This document shows, piece by piece, positions 40,280-51,900 of a DNA stretch of 64,000 bases. A model generated the notes under the pieces. The model was given only the letters and a program-made list of their open reading frames with translations. It made no database searches and was not told the origin of the DNA. Position 1 is the stretch's first letter. Each line of letters starts with the position of its first letter. A program made the translations under genes and the position numbers. Source of the stretch: an uncultured Verrucomicrobiae bacterium (lineage in GTDB: Bacteria; Verrucomicrobiota; Verrucomicrobiia; Chthoniobacterales; UBA10450); assembly GCA_963772365.1 (NCBI GenBank), contig CAVYXA010000003.1, forward strand, positions 704,001-768,000. Direction: 5' to 3'.

Positions 40280-40522
40280 TTATAATTCGGTTTTAGTGGA
40301 AGAATGCGCACCGGCGATTTTTACACGAAAATCAGAGTGGTGACAATTTCTAGCCGCTGATTCCTCGCGCGCGATTTCTTCCGATGTCGGCATTTAGTAG
40401 GCGAAATCCTACTCGAAAGTTCTGAGAATGGGAGTGGAAAAACTCTGAAGGGATCGTGTCTGTTCTCTCGCGAACGATGACGTTCCGGGTTTGATTCGGT
40501 GACGATTTTCGCTTCCTGGATT

Positions 40523-40726
40523 TCAGTCGCCGGGCTCGTCTTCCGGTGGGGCTGGCGAAGGCGACACAGTCGTTGTTTTCGATGTCGATGCTGAGGTTGC
40601 CGGAGCAACCAGCGACTGGTCATTGCGATAATATCTGGCGAGTGCCGCCGCGAGTATCGCCATCACGATGAGAGTTACCGCGCGCTGTTCGCCTTTCGTT
40701 AGTTCGAAAATACCCGGCAACTTCAT
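40523..40726 (-). CDS. Small single-TM protein
   Basis: ATGA overlap with the queC stop; [17 protein letters not shown] plus a TM helix. Confidence 0.6.
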   Translation of the reverse strand: MKLPGIFELTKGEQRAVTLIVMAILAAALARYYRNDQSLVAPATSASTSKTTTVSPSPAPPEDEPGD

Positions 40727-41409
40727 TTTGACGCATACTGGATCGGATCGGCGACACCAGCTTCGCGAAATCCCTTCAGGCGCAACTGACACGAGTCGCA
40801 TTTGCCGCAGGCTAGGCCTTCGGGAGTTGGGTCGTAACAACTCTGGGTAAGCGAAAGATCGACACCGAGATCGATCGCTTTCCGGATGATCTGGGCTTTT
40901 GAAAATTTGATTAGAGGCGCGTGGATTTGAAACCGGCGGCCTTCGACACCGGCTTTGGTGCCGATATTTGCCAGCGTTTCAAACAGCGCAATGAATTCCG
41001 GCCGGCAATCGGGATAACCACTGTAATCAATCGCATTTACGCCCAAATAAATATGCGCGGCGCCAAGCACCTCCGCCCATGCCAGCGCATAGGAAAGAAA
41101 AATCGTATTGCGAGCCGGGACGTAAGTGATCGGAATGCCGCGCGCGATTTCCTCTTCCGATCGCGACTTTGGTACATCGAGATCATCCGTGAGAGCCGAG
41201 CTGCCGAAAACACGTAGATCGATTTGCGTGATTCGATGTTCTTTTGCGTCAAGCGATTTGGCTACGCGTCGGGCCGCCTCGAGTTCCTGCCGATGTCGTT
41301 GGCCGTAAGCGAACGACAAAGCGTATGCCTCATAACCAGCAGCGATCGCGATGGCCAGCGTGATCGCCGAATCAATTCCACCGCTTAACAGGACCACCGC
41401 GTGTTTCAT
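40723..41409 (-). CDS. queC: 7-cyano-7-deazaguanine synthase
   Basis: [36 protein letters not shown]. Confidence 0.97.
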   Translation of the reverse strand: MKHAVVLLSGGIDSAITLAIAIAAGYEAYALSFAYGQRHRQELEAARRVAKSLDAKEHRITQIDLRVFGSSALTDDLDVPKSRSEEEIARGIPITYVPARNTIFLSYALAWAEVLGAAHIYLGVNAIDYSGYPDCRPEFIALFETLANIGTKAGVEGRRFQIHAPLIKFSKAQIIRKAIDLGVDLSLTQSCYDPTPEGLACGKCDSCQLRLKGFREAGVADPIQYASK

Positions 41410-41470
41410 TAGCGCGACTTTATCACGTCACGTCAGGCAAAGTCGATACATCGAAAAAAACGTTCTCAGG

Positions 41471-41601
41471 TTTTCGCGAAGCTTTGGGAGTGCGATGCCT
41501 TGGCATCGCTTTCGGGCATCAGTGTGATCTGTGACTGCCGGCGGCAGCGCGTCGAAAAAAGCGGCGCCAAGTCGCCGCACTCCAAAGCGCTTCGCGCGAA
41601 A
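41471..41601. repeat. REPIN-like palindromic element, family A copy 2
   Basis: TTTCGCGAAGCTTTGGGAGTGCG...CGCACTCCAAAGCGCTTCGCGCGAAA. Confidence 0.85.
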
Positions 41602-41610
41602 TTTCACCAC

Positions 41611-42024
41611 TTATTCGGTATTCGGATGTTGCGCCCGTACCGTTAAGGCAATTCCCCCGCGTGCCGAAAACCGCGCCGTAACGATTGCTTCTCGAGGCGC
41701 GCATGCCTTAACAAAATCATCTAGAATGCGATTGGTCACAGCTTCATTAAATGTCCGCTCGTTGCGAAACGAGGCGAGATAAAATTTGAGCGATTTGCTT
41801 TCGACGCAAAGCCGGTCGGGCACATAATCGATCTCGATCCTGGCAAAGTCGGCCTGACCAGTCACGGGACAAAGCGATGTGAAATCGTCAGTTTCAAAAT
41901 GAATTCGATAATTTCGCCGGGCCGGATTCGGAAATGTTTCCAAGCGCGCCTCGGACGGTGAAGCGGGAATTTTTGCTTCGCTCCGGCCGAGCAATGTTAA
42001 TCGCGATGATTTGGCCTTTGGCAC
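41611..42024 (-). CDS. queF: preQ1 synthase (nitrile reductase, type 1)
   Basis: LETFPNP, FTSLCPVTGQADFA, VESKSLKFYL, RGGI. Confidence 0.95.
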   Translation of the reverse strand: MPKAKSSRLTLLGRSEAKIPASPSEARLETFPNPARRNYRIHFETDDFTSLCPVTGQADFARIEIDYVPDRLCVESKSLKFYLASFRNERTFNEAVTNRILDDFVKACAPREAIVTARFSARGGIALTVRAQHPNTE

Positions 42025-42109
42025 GCTGGCAATTAACTATCCAGCGGCCGGAGTTCAACGACAACATGGCCACGCGTAAGGCGACGATTAAAAGCGATCT
42101 CTTAGCGAT

Positions 42110-42832
42110 ATGGACAACGATTTGAGTCGGCGGGCTCTGCTTAGAGCCGGTCTGATGGCTGCCGTCGCGGTTCCTTTCGTTCCGCTGCTTGGGAGCGCTG
42201 CGGAAGGAAAGAAGGAAGAAGAAGTTGCACCGGGCGAAGATTTAATGAGGGAGCACGGCGTGTTGAAGCGGATCTTGCTCATTTATGAGGAAGCGATTCG
42301 CCGGATCGATTCCAAGAACGATTTGCCGCCGGATACCGTGGCTGACTCAGCCAAGATTATTCGTAATTTCATCGAGGATTATCACGAAAAGCTGGAGGAG
42401 AACTTTTTGTTCCCGCGTCTCGAAAAGGCGAACCAGTCCGCCATTGGGCAGACTCGCCGTGGCGAGCTTGTCGATCTTGTGAAGGTGCTGCGCGAACAGC
42501 ATGAAGCTGGGCGACGAGCAACCGACGTCACGATGCGGTTCGCCACCAATCAGGCTCTCAAGAATCCCGGCGATCGGGCCAAGCTGATTGATTCGATGCA
42601 GCAGTTCATCCGGATGTACAATCCGCACGAAGCTCGCGAGGACACGGTGCTATTTCCGGCGTTCCGCAAAATCGTTACCCAACACGAGTACGACTCTCTC
42701 GGAGAAGATTTCGAGAAGAAGGAGCACGAACTCTTCGGCGAGGACGGGTTTGACCAAATGGTGGATCGTGTCGCCGGGATCGAAAAGAAGCTAGGCATCT
42801 ATAATCTGGCGCAGTTCACGCCGACGATTTGA
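42110..42832 (+). CDS. Tat-exported hemerythrin-domain protein
   Basis: LSRRALL Tat motif; LMREHG, YHEKLEE..LFP, QHEAGR, HEAREDTVLFP. Confidence 0.88.
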   Translation: MDNDLSRRALLRAGLMAAVAVPFVPLLGSAAEGKKEEEVAPGEDLMREHGVLKRILLIYEEAIRRIDSKNDLPPDTVADSAKIIRNFIEDYHEKLEENFLFPRLEKANQSAIGQTRRGELVDLVKVLREQHEAGRRATDVTMRFATNQALKNPGDRAKLIDSMQQFIRMYNPHEAREDTVLFPAFRKIVTQHEYDSLGEDFEKKEHELFGEDGFDQMVDRVAGIEKKLGIYNLAQFTPTI

Positions 42833-42866
42833 AGAACGCTTCTGTCGATGCTCCCTGTAGAATGCG

Positions 42867-43190
42867 ATGAAACGCATTTCGGTGATCGACATTATTGGCC
42901 ACGATCCGAAAACGGATGAGGCCGTGCTCGTGATGAACGAGCCGCAGGATTGGGACGGCTCGGCTGAACGGCTGCACGAATTGCAGGAGCGTTTCAATAC
43001 CTACGTATCGTTTCTGTTAGACGGCGAATTTGCCGAAACTCATCCTGAGCTTGCCGGGAAGCGCGCTCGGATCGAGGTCCGCTGCAAACATATGCCCGAT
43101 GGGCGCGCGCTCGAAATGCTGGGGATGATTCACGACCAACTGGCGTTTCAAGAGATCCGGATGGAAGTCGTCGTAAGAGGAAGCGACTAA
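42867..43190 (+). CDS. Hypothetical protein (DUF6572-like)
   Basis: VIDII...W...LQERFNTYVSFLLDGE...P pattern. Confidence 0.65.
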   Translation: MKRISVIDIIGHDPKTDEAVLVMNEPQDWDGSAERLHELQERFNTYVSFLLDGEFAETHPELAGKRARIEVRCKHMPDGRALEMLGMIHDQLAFQEIRMEVVVRGSD

Positions 43191-43609
43191 CTTTTCTCGC
43201 TGAGGGAACGAAAGTACCATCTTACATTCGGTTTAAAATAAAAATACCACGCTGAAGCGCAGCCGAGCAGAGTTGAGTTGATGAGAGCGCGCCACATGAT
43301 GATCGCGCTGATCCAGCCCAACGTTCGGGTGGCGATCGCATAAACAAAAATCAGGATCGGAATCGCCATCACCGGAATGCGCACCCATACTTTTCGCGAG
43401 GCGAGTCCATAAGAACTGAGCGCCATCAAAATGCCGATGACGGCAACCAACGGCGCGGCGACATGGAGCCAGTCGCTGCGTGTCACGATCTCGCCGCCCA
43501 TTCGCGGTGGCGCGATTCGCAGATAAACGAGCAAGATCGACAGATACATCCCAACAGTGGCCAATGCAGCTAGCCAGATGAGAATTCGGATCACGAAGGG
43601 TTGTTTCAT
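43187..43609 (-). CDS. Hypothetical four-TM membrane protein
   Basis: Hydrophobic segments; ends WYFYFKPNVRWYF. Confidence 0.6.
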   Translation of the reverse strand: MKQPFVIRILIWLAALATVGMYLSILLVYLRIAPPRMGGEIVTRSDWLHVAAPLVAVIGILMALSSYGLASRKVWVRIPVMAIPILIFVYAIATRTLGWISAIIMWRALINSTLLGCASAWYFYFKPNVRWYFRSLSEKS

Positions 43610-43693
43610 GGGTGAACCGGTCACAGGCCGGTTGGCTAAACATAGCCACGCCGCTGCGCGAGGTCGATACCTTCGCAAGCAGACGCGCGAACC

Positions 43694-44344
43694 TTAGTCC
43701 TTATGCCGAATCGAGCCGGCGCCGGTGATGTGCTTCTCGATCTTTGGCGGATGGCCGTGGTAATTTACCGTGCCGGCGCCGGTAATCGACACGCGCAATA
43801 ACTCACTTACGCTGATCTCGGCGTCGGCTGCTCCGGTGGTGGAAATTTCCGCCGTCCTGGCCTGCAAATGCTTTGCTCGCAAATCGCTCGCGCCGGTCAT
43901 GTCCGCCATTAATTCGCCAACGTTTCCATCCAGTGTTACATCAGAAGCGCCCGTGGCCTGGAAATAGAACTTCGCACCGGAAAGTTGCGGCACGCTCAGA
44001 TTGACCACGCCGGATATCTTTGCGCCGTCTCGAACTGGACTCGAAATAGCGACTTTAATTCGATGTGTTGGCCGGACATGTTCGCGTGTCCGCAGCCGGA
44101 GGCGATGATCGCTGATGGAACTGTCGATGTGCTGAAAAAGATTCTGATCCGTCGTAATCTTGAGTGAGGGCGGGCCGCTGTGCCATTCGATGCTGAAGGC
44201 GCCACCTGCCTGGATTTCGGAGAAATCGGCGACCGTTCTTTGATCCGTAGTGATATTGCCATTGCCACGAATGCCGAGGGCCCAGTTGCAGCCACTGAGG
44301 ACTAGGGCTATCGCGCCGAGAGCTGAGATTGTGATACGCTTCAT
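43694..44344 (-). CDS. DUF2807 (GIN-domain) lipoprotein
   Basis: Lipobox LSGC, GIRGNG, repeated TGAS/TGAG beta-helix units. Confidence 0.88.
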   Translation of the reverse strand: MKRITISALGAIALVLSGCNWALGIRGNGNITTDQRTVADFSEIQAGGAFSIEWHSGPPSLKITTDQNLFQHIDSSISDHRLRLRTREHVRPTHRIKVAISSPVRDGAKISGVVNLSVPQLSGAKFYFQATGASDVTLDGNVGELMADMTGASDLRAKHLQARTAEISTTGAADAEISVSELLRVSITGAGTVNYHGHPPKIEKHITGAGSIRHKD

Positions 44345-44430
44345 GGGAAAGTGGTAGTTCTTAAATAGGATGCGCTGAGGGGCGGTTTTGGATTCAGGAA
44401 TTTATTCGGCCGGCGCTGACATCAGGGTGG

Positions 44431-45450
44431 TTATTTGCGAATCGTCAGCTTCACAGTTTGCTCGAGGACTCCATCGACATAAAATTCGGCCCGATAATCG
44501 CCCGGAACCCAACCACCGGCGGGGCGTTCCAACGTGAACATCCCATGCGAATCCGGTGCGGCCGCCACCGCTGAGGCTTCGTCTACTTTGAAGTTAGGCG
44601 GGACTTCATCGACGCCCTCTGCGATCCAGACCACCCGGACTTTGGATTGCGGCCTCAGCCGATATCCTTTCCACCGAGCGTAGATTTTCGGAGCATCGGC
44701 GGAGATCACTGAAGCCGATTCACCTATTGCAGTATCCGCCAGATCTGCGGAAAGGTTCGGCGGAGTCCCCACCATCGACGGTCTGGGCCCGATTTTTGGC
44801 GCGCCCTTCAGTTCGAGAGTGGTGCGATCCATTAGATCGCCTTGACTCGACCGTTTCGTGGTTATCTCTTTGACGATGCCGGTCCCGGGCACGAACCAGC
44901 GATCAATCGTTGTCAGATTCGGTGATTTTTGCTCACCGTGAATGTGAAGGGCGCGAAACGTGCCGGCCGGAACATCGACATCCTCTTCGCCGACCACTAG
45001 GTAATGCTGATGCACTTTGAAGTTGTCGACCTCGCTGTCAAAGTCCCAGGTGTCGCCGGGTTGCAGGGATGCGGCAATTATCGTTTGCGGTGGATCGAAT
45101 TCGAGCGCCGTGCCGTCGAGATTGATTCGGCCCCAGCAAAGAATTCCGCGCGCGTCCACGGTAATCAGGTCCGTGTTCATCACCGCGCCGGCCCGATCCA
45201 TTTCAAAGATGAGAAGTTGTTTTCCGTCGATCTCCTTCATTCCGGCGATGCGATAGACAACGGACGAGGGCACCAGTTTGTCGGCATCGGCTTTGGCATC
45301 GGTGGGCTTCACGGTGTCGCCGATTTCATGGGTCAATTTGTAATCCCAGGTCGTTCCCTGTTTCGTGGGAATGAGCGGCGTTCCGAATGACCATCGGGTT
45401 GTCAGGAATAAAATTACAGAAACGATCAGTGGTCGGGACCCGCGCGACAC
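44431..45450 (-). CDS. Hypothetical exported protein (start uncertain)
   Basis: GEEDVDVPAGTF and WFVPGTGIVK motifs plus an Ig-like C-terminus (GDYRAEFYVDG). Confidence 0.65.
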   Translation of the reverse strand: MSRGSRPLIVSVILFLTTRWSFGTPLIPTKQGTTWDYKLTHEIGDTVKPTDAKADADKLVPSSVVYRIAGMKEIDGKQLLIFEMDRAGAVMNTDLITVDARGILCWGRINLDGTALEFDPPQTIIAASLQPGDTWDFDSEVDNFKVHQHYLVVGEEDVDVPAGTFRALHIHGEQKSPNLTTIDRWFVPGTGIVKEITTKRSSQGDLMDRTTLELKGAPKIGPRPSMVGTPPNLSADLADTAIGESASVISADAPKIYARWKGYRLRPQSKVRVVWIAEGVDEVPPNFKVDEASAVAAAPDSHGMFTLERPAGGWVPGDYRAEFYVDGVLEQTVKLTIRK

Positions 45451-45496
45451 AACCGCTCTACCAATCCGCAAGATTCTGCATATTTTGCCGCCGATC

Positions 45497-47065
45497 ATGA
45501 CCTGGAAATATGACACAGCACTGTCCATCCTCGTTTTGATTTTTTTCTCGCCGGCTGCTCTTTTTGCAGCAAAACCGCAAGGAAACGGGCGGCATGTAGT
45601 CATGGTTGTGTGGGATGGAATGCGTCCTGATTTTGTAAACGAAAAGGACGCGCCGGTACTGTGGAAACTGGCAAAAGATGGCGTTGTCTTTCGCAGGCAT
45701 CATGCCGTTTATCCTTCGGCGACGGAGGTTAACGGGGTTGCGCTTGCAACCGGTCTTTATCCGGAGCACAACGGAATGATTGCCAATCACGAATATCGCC
45801 CGGCCATTGACGGTAAAAAATCAATCGACACAGAAATTCCAGAAGTCGTGCGCAAAGGCGATGAAGCTACAAACGGTGGATACATCGCCGCGACCACAAT
45901 TGCGGAGCTTGCGCGGAAAGCGGGGCGGCAAACTGCCGTGGCGGGCTCAAAGGGAATTGCGCTGCTTTTCGATCGACATCTTGATGCAACACGGGAGCAA
46001 AACGGTGCGTCGCTTTTCGCTGGTTATACTCTGCCGGAGAAGGTCCTCAATCCCATCGTCGCAACACTTGGTATCTTCCCGCGTTGGGCAGAAGTGCCCG
46101 CAGCCCCGCGGGATCATTGGACGACCCAGGCGCTAACAGATTTCCTCTGGAAGAACGGCGTCCCGGATTTCTCGCTGCTGTGGTTGGCAGAACCGGATGC
46201 CAGCGAACACGAGTTTGCGCCCGGTTCGAAAGAAAGCCTGGCTGCAATTCGGTCGGCCGACGGAAATCTCGAGCAGGTTTTGGCGGCGTTAGATCGACAT
46301 GGAGCGCGGGAGATAACGGATTTGTTCGTGGTATCCGATCATGGTTTCTCGACCATCGAGCGCTCGATTGATTTGAAAAAGATCTTGAGGAAGGTTGGTT
46401 TCGACGCGGTAACGCAATTCGTCAGCGAACCGAAACGCGGACAGGTGATGTTAGTGGGGAACGGCGGCACCGTGCTTTTTTACGTGATTCAACACGACTC
46501 CAGTGTGATCGCGCGACTAGTTGCGTTTTTGCAGCGATCGGATTTTGCCGGCGTGATTTTTACAAAGCAGCCGATCAAGGGCGCGTTCCGGTTCGCCCAG
46601 GCCATGATCAACTATGATCGTGCACCGGATGTAGAGATGGCTTTTCGATGGAATAGGTCGAAGAATCGATCCGGCGTGTCGGGAATGATAGATGCGGACT
46701 GGAATCGAGCAGCCGGGCAGGGGACGCATGCGACGCTGAGCCGGTTCGATATGCATAACACGCTGATCGCTTCGGGTCCGGATTTCCGGCGAGGCGTATC
46801 TGACGATCTTCCTACTGGAAATGTCGATGTTGCCCCGACTGTTTTGCAGATCCTCGGGATAAAGCCGTGGCACTCTCTCGACGGCAGAGTTTTGGTCGAA
46901 GTGATGACGAATGACGGCACATTGCCACCGACGCCCGAGACCGAAATCGCTGAAGCAGAGCGAAAATTTCAAACCGGTGTTTGGAAACAAACGCTGATCT
47001 TGTCGCACGTCGGAAAAACAGTTTATATTGATGAAGGGAATGGCCAATTCCACCGCGCGAAATAA
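45497..47065 (+). CDS. Alkaline phosphatase superfamily / nucleotide pyrophosphatase-phosphodiesterase
   Basis: VWDGMRPD, PSAT, EPD..EH, VSDHG, GTH, DVAPT. Confidence 0.9.
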   Translation: MTWKYDTALSILVLIFFSPAALFAAKPQGNGRHVVMVVWDGMRPDFVNEKDAPVLWKLAKDGVVFRRHHAVYPSATEVNGVALATGLYPEHNGMIANHEYRPAIDGKKSIDTEIPEVVRKGDEATNGGYIAATTIAELARKAGRQTAVAGSKGIALLFDRHLDATREQNGASLFAGYTLPEKVLNPIVATLGIFPRWAEVPAAPRDHWTTQALTDFLWKNGVPDFSLLWLAEPDASEHEFAPGSKESLAAIRSADGNLEQVLAALDRHGAREITDLFVVSDHGFSTIERSIDLKKILRKVGFDAVTQFVSEPKRGQVMLVGNGGTVLFYVIQHDSSVIARLVAFLQRSDFAGVIFTKQPIKGAFRFAQAMINYDRAPDVEMAFRWNRSKNRSGVSGMIDADWNRAAGQGTHATLSRFDMHNTLIASGPDFRRGVSDDLPTGNVDVAPTVLQILGIKPWHSLDGRVLVEVMTNDGTLPPTPETEIAEAERKFQTGVWKQTLILSHVGKTVYIDEGNGQFHRAK

Positions 47066-47239
47066 ACGGCTTCGCGCATCATCAAGGCCGCTGCGCCTGA
47101 AGTAAGAGAATGTATCAGGTCCCGGATTCGGTCGTTTCGACGAAATGGGAAATTGCTCGTGTGGTCTTGTGGTGCGGGCAAGAATCATTGCCGCCGCTCG
47201 TTTGAAAACTAGAAGATAAGATCGACAGTGCACGCCGAC

Positions 47240-48382
47240 ATGCGCGCAATTCTAGCCCTGGAGGATGGAAGATTTTTCGAGGGCGAATCGTTTGGCGCAA
47301 ACGGCACCCGAGTGGGCGAAGTTTGTTTCAATACCGCGATGACCGGTTATCAGGAAGTGCTGACCGATCCATCGTATCGCGGCCAAATCGTCGCGATGAC
47401 CTATCCGCTCATCGGCAATTACGGAATCAACGCGCTCGATCAGGAAAGTCGCTCACCCCACGTGCGCGGATTTGTGATCGAGGAATTGAGCGAAACTCCG
47501 AGCAACTGGCGCTCGGAGATGTCGCTCGATGAATACTTGCGTAAATGGGATATTCCCGGTGTCCAGGGAATCGACACTCGCGCCCTGACTCGCCATCTTC
47601 GAACGCGCGGTTTGATGAAGGCATGTTTAACCACAGAAACGATTTCTCCCGAGGAAGCAACGCGCCGTGCAGTGGAAGGGGAAGGCGTCATCGGAATGGA
47701 TTACGTGCGCGAGGTTTCAACCGAAAAAGCCTACGAGTGGGATCCGCAAAACAAATTGAGTGCGCCATGGTCGATTAAGTCGCAGAACGGCGGCGAAGAA
47801 TCGAGACTCGCCCCGACTCGATTTCGAATCGTGGCTTACGATTATGGGATCAAAGAAAATATTCTGCGGCTGTTACGGCAGAAAGGATTTCACGTGACGG
47901 TGGTTCCGGCATCGACCACTGCCGAGGAAGTGCTCGCTCAGGATCCTGATGGCGTTTTTCTCTCAAACGGTCCGGGAGATCCGGCAGCACTGGGCTATGC
48001 GCACAAAGCCGTGCACGACTTGATGGGCAAGAAGCCGATCTTCGGAATCTGCCTCGGTCATCAGATCCTTGGGTTCGCTTTTGGAGGATCGACATTCAAA
48101 CTAAAATTCGGACACCATGGAGCGAACCAGCCGGTCAAGGATTTAAGCAGCGGCAAAGTCGCAATTACTGCGCAGAATCATGGATTCGCCGTCGATCCTG
48201 ACTCATTGGCGAAAGATGTGGAGATCACGCACCTCAATCTCAACGACGGGACGGTCGAAGGAATGCGGCACAAGGAATTACCGATCTTCAGTGTGCAATA
48301 TCATCCCGAAGCCGCGCCCGGCCCGCATGATGCGTCGTATTTCTTTCAGCAGTTCGCCGATTTGCTTGAAAAGGTGAAGTGA
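47240..48382 (+). CDS. carA: Carbamoyl-phosphate synthase small subunit
   Basis: [35 protein letters not shown]. Confidence 0.98.
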   Translation: MRAILALEDGRFFEGESFGANGTRVGEVCFNTAMTGYQEVLTDPSYRGQIVAMTYPLIGNYGINALDQESRSPHVRGFVIEELSETPSNWRSEMSLDEYLRKWDIPGVQGIDTRALTRHLRTRGLMKACLTTETISPEEATRRAVEGEGVIGMDYVREVSTEKAYEWDPQNKLSAPWSIKSQNGGEESRLAPTRFRIVAYDYGIKENILRLLRQKGFHVTVVPASTTAEEVLAQDPDGVFLSNGPGDPAALGYAHKAVHDLMGKKPIFGICLGHQILGFAFGGSTFKLKFGHHGANQPVKDLSSGKVAITAQNHGFAVDPDSLAKDVEITHLNLNDGTVEGMRHKELPIFSVQYHPEAAPGPHDASYFFQQFADLLEKVK

Positions 48383-48427
48383 CCGGTTGTGAATTGACCG
48401 ACTGCAAATTCTATCCGAATTTCCAGC

Positions 48428-48835
48428 ATGTTTATCTCAAACCCAAATCATCCAGGTATTTTTAAACTCGCAACGGTGGTGACAATCAGCGCGGCTCTGG
48501 CGATTGCTCCGATGGCGCTCGCTCAGGAGCATCAACATGGGACAGACGCAGCCGGTTCGAAGCAAGTGACCGGCGAAGTGGTGGACATGATGTGTTACGT
48601 CGATCACAACGCCATGGGCGCAAATCATGGGCAATCCTGTGGCGCCAAATGCATCAAAGGCGGCGGCCCGGTTGGAATCGTGAGCAGTGGCAAAGCCTAT
48701 CTCGTGGTCGGCGAACACAAACCGATGAACGACGAGTTGGCTGAGTATTGTGGCAAGACGATCACGCTACAGGGGAAGATGGTGGAGCGCGGCGGAATCG
48801 CGATGATCGAGAACGCCGAGGTCGTTAAGAAGTAA
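48428..48835 (+). CDS. Hypothetical exported Cys/His-containing protein
   Basis: Signal peptide; GEVVDMMCY, H..CGAKCIKGGGP. Confidence 0.75.
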   Translation: MFISNPNHPGIFKLATVVTISAALAIAPMALAQEHQHGTDAAGSKQVTGEVVDMMCYVDHNAMGANHGQSCGAKCIKGGGPVGIVSSGKAYLVVGEHKPMNDELAEYCGKTITLQGKMVERGGIAMIENAEVVKK

Positions 48836-48917
48836 AAGGCAAATAACCGTTTCCCGATCGCAGTCGATTTCTTCGACTGCGATCTTGGCGCGGCCTGCGC
48901 TCAGGATGGCGACGCGG

Positions 48918-51900
48918 CTACTTGTAATACGCTCGCAGCGAGGGACGGAGTTTCCCGACTCGAAGTGCCGTTTCGATTTCTGAATCGGAAATCCCATTGT
49001 TGGAAAGTTTGCGAATCTCCTTTGTCTCAAGAGCTGCCAGCGCCAGGCCACCACGGAACAAAATGCGATTGGCCGTGAATGCCGGAATGCGTGGGCCGGG
49101 TGTAAGAATTCCCTGCAGGTTGAGCGGATCGGCTGCGCTGAGCGTGATCAACTGATCTTTCGCCGGCGTTTTACGGATTGAGCGCAATAAACCAATCGCT
49201 TCGGGAAGGGCGAACTGTTCGCCGCTCACACCGCCCACAAAATAACCGCCACGAATTTCGCCGCGCGCTTCCCAGCGGCGATAAATCCGTCCCAATTCAT
49301 ACCAATTCACTCCGAGACTTTCGCGTTCGAGCAAACGTCGAAACACTACGCCGTATCTCCGCAGGAGCAGGCGAGCAAACTTTTCGATGGCTTCGTCGCG
49401 GCGTCCGCTATCTTCCGTGGAGTTCCTGAGCAGCGACCAGCGCCCGGCAAATTCGATGCTTGCCAGATTAATCTTGCGCCGTCGTTTGGCCGCGTTTCGT
49501 CCGAAGGTAGGTCGTTTGTTTGATGGAACCAATAGGGCGCGCAAACCATCAAAGCTATCCGAGGTGACGTGGCCTAATGCAGCGAGTTCGCCCAGCGCTG
49601 TTTCCACTTGCGATGGAAGTAATCCTGTTCGGCGCACAAGTTCGGTAAAGAAAAGCGCGCCACCGGATGTGAGTGCATCCAATACAATTTGAGCCGAACT
49701 TGATACAGCTGTTGCTGAATCCAAGCGCGTTAGGCAAAGCCAATCTTGCAGATTTTCGCGTTGATATAGAGCGATGGGGCTGGTGCGAAGCGGCGCCGAG
49801 GCACGCCCGTTCGGATTGTGCGGCGCGCTCAGTCGTCCCCAGCCGACTCGCCCCGAAAAGCAGAGCCGATCCAGCCACTCGGGATCGTAGTCGACCACGC
49901 GAGTGCTTAACACGGCAGATTCCCATGCAGCCAAGGGCAACTCGCAACCATCGAGTTGTTCGAGAACGGATTGCAATCCATCCGGGCCTTCCGCACGATG
50001 ATCTGCATCGACACGTTGCCATGCAAACAGGAAACGGTAGAAATCCTGCGGCGAGACCGGCCGAATTTCGGCGCGCAATCTGTCGATCGTGAGCCGATGA
50101 ATCCGCGCCAGCAATCGGCGATCGCACCATTCCTGTTCTGTCGCGTTTGGATGAAACTTGCCGCGCAAAACGAAGCCTTCGGCTTCCAGTGCAAGCAAGG
50201 CGGCCTCAATGTCTGTGCCGTCCAGGTTCAATTTGCTTGCAAGATCGACAACTGTGATCGGTCCCGCGACCTCAATCCTTCCACGAACCAGCTCGCGAAC
50301 GGCATCAGAGCGTTCGCCGTTTTGTTGCGGCGCCGCCACCTCCGGTTCAAAGAACGCTTCCGGATAAATCGTTCGGAGCGCTGACGATCTCTCCGCTGCT
50401 GCCCAGAAAATCATTTTCTCAAAGCGTAATCGAATTACACGATCGGAATTCACCAAATCGATCAACAACTCGTCTGGAGCTGCGCCTTCTGTTTTGTCCT
50501 GATTTGCAGCAGTTCGCTCGATTTCTTCGCGCGTCATCACCCCGACAACCATGAGAGCATCATGCAATTCATCCGCATTTGTCGCCGTCGGCCATGCCTC
50601 CCGCTGGACCTTCTCAATCGCTGCCGCGTCCAGAATCCCAAGACCGTCGCTGCTCCGGCGGCTGCCGGACTCGGAAGCGCGACGCGTGTAAACCGCTTGA
50701 GTTCGGCGTTCTTCCAAAGGCGCGTTGTCCAGAAATGCGTATGGTCGCGCGTTTAGAATTTCAGCGGCCAGGGGAGACGGCTCAGGCAGGTCGCGAGCGA
50801 TGCAGCGAATCTCGCCATTCTCGATCTTGCGCAAAACTTCTTCGAGACCGTCGATGTCCATCGCTTCGGTCAAACAATCGTCGATGGTCTGTTTCACCAG
50901 CGGATGATCGGGAATCTCGCGATCGCCCACGATATGTTCCAAACAGGCGAGCTGATCCGGAAAAACGGCCGCGAGCAAATTCTCCGATTCCATGCGCTGC
51001 AATGGAGCGGCCAGCTTCGCGCCGCCGCGGAAACGTGGCACAGCGAGGGAGCGCGTCACGTTCCAGCGCCAGCGGATGGTGAACATCGGTGCATCCAGCA
51101 GTGCCTGAACCAGCACGTCGCGCACAGTTTTGGAATTCAGATATCGAAAAACTTCTTCGAGCGGAAACGAGTGCTGCGTGCCGAGCGAGATAACGATGGA
51201 ATCGTCAGTGGCCGCCGCTTGCAGCTCGAAATTGAAAGATCGACAAAACCGTTTTCGCAAAGCCAGCCCCCAGGCGCGATTAATTCGATTTCCGAACGGC
51301 GAATGCAAAACAAGCTGCATCCCACCCGATTCATCGAAGAACCGCTCCATCACGAGCGTCTGTTGCGTGGGAATTGCGCCGAGAGCGCGGTAGGTGTCGG
51401 AGAAGTAATCGGCAATCTGTTGCGCAGCTTCTGGCGCCAGCCCAATTTCGCGTTGAAGCCATTCGACAACACTTGCGCCTTCGCCAAGCAGATGCTCGAT
51501 CTCGATTCTGAGTTGAGAAATATCCCCAGATAATTCGGCTGTGCGCGCGGGCGCTTCGCCGAGCCAGAACGGAATTCCCGGTGGCTGACCTTTTGCATCC
51601 TCAACCCGAACGACGCCGGAATTAATTCGCAGGATTCGCCAGGAAGCATTGCCGAGCTGGAAAATGTCGCCGGCCAGACTTTCCACGGCGAAATCTTCAT
51701 TCACTGTGCCGACGAATGTTTCCGATGGTTCGACAATGACTCGATAATCAGCGTTGTCGGGAATTGCGCCTCCAGACGTGAGCGCCGTCAACCTCGCGCC
51801 GCGCCGGCCACGAATTCGATGATTGATTGCATCGTGATGAACCAAGGCGGCGCGTCGTCCTCGCTTTGTGCTAAAGCCTTCAGCCAGCATTTTCACGACG

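Noticed and set aside
42025..42109. preQ1 riboswitch upstream of queF
   Set aside because: There is a short CGCTGG/CCAGCG hairpin but no preQ1 loop or A-rich tail.
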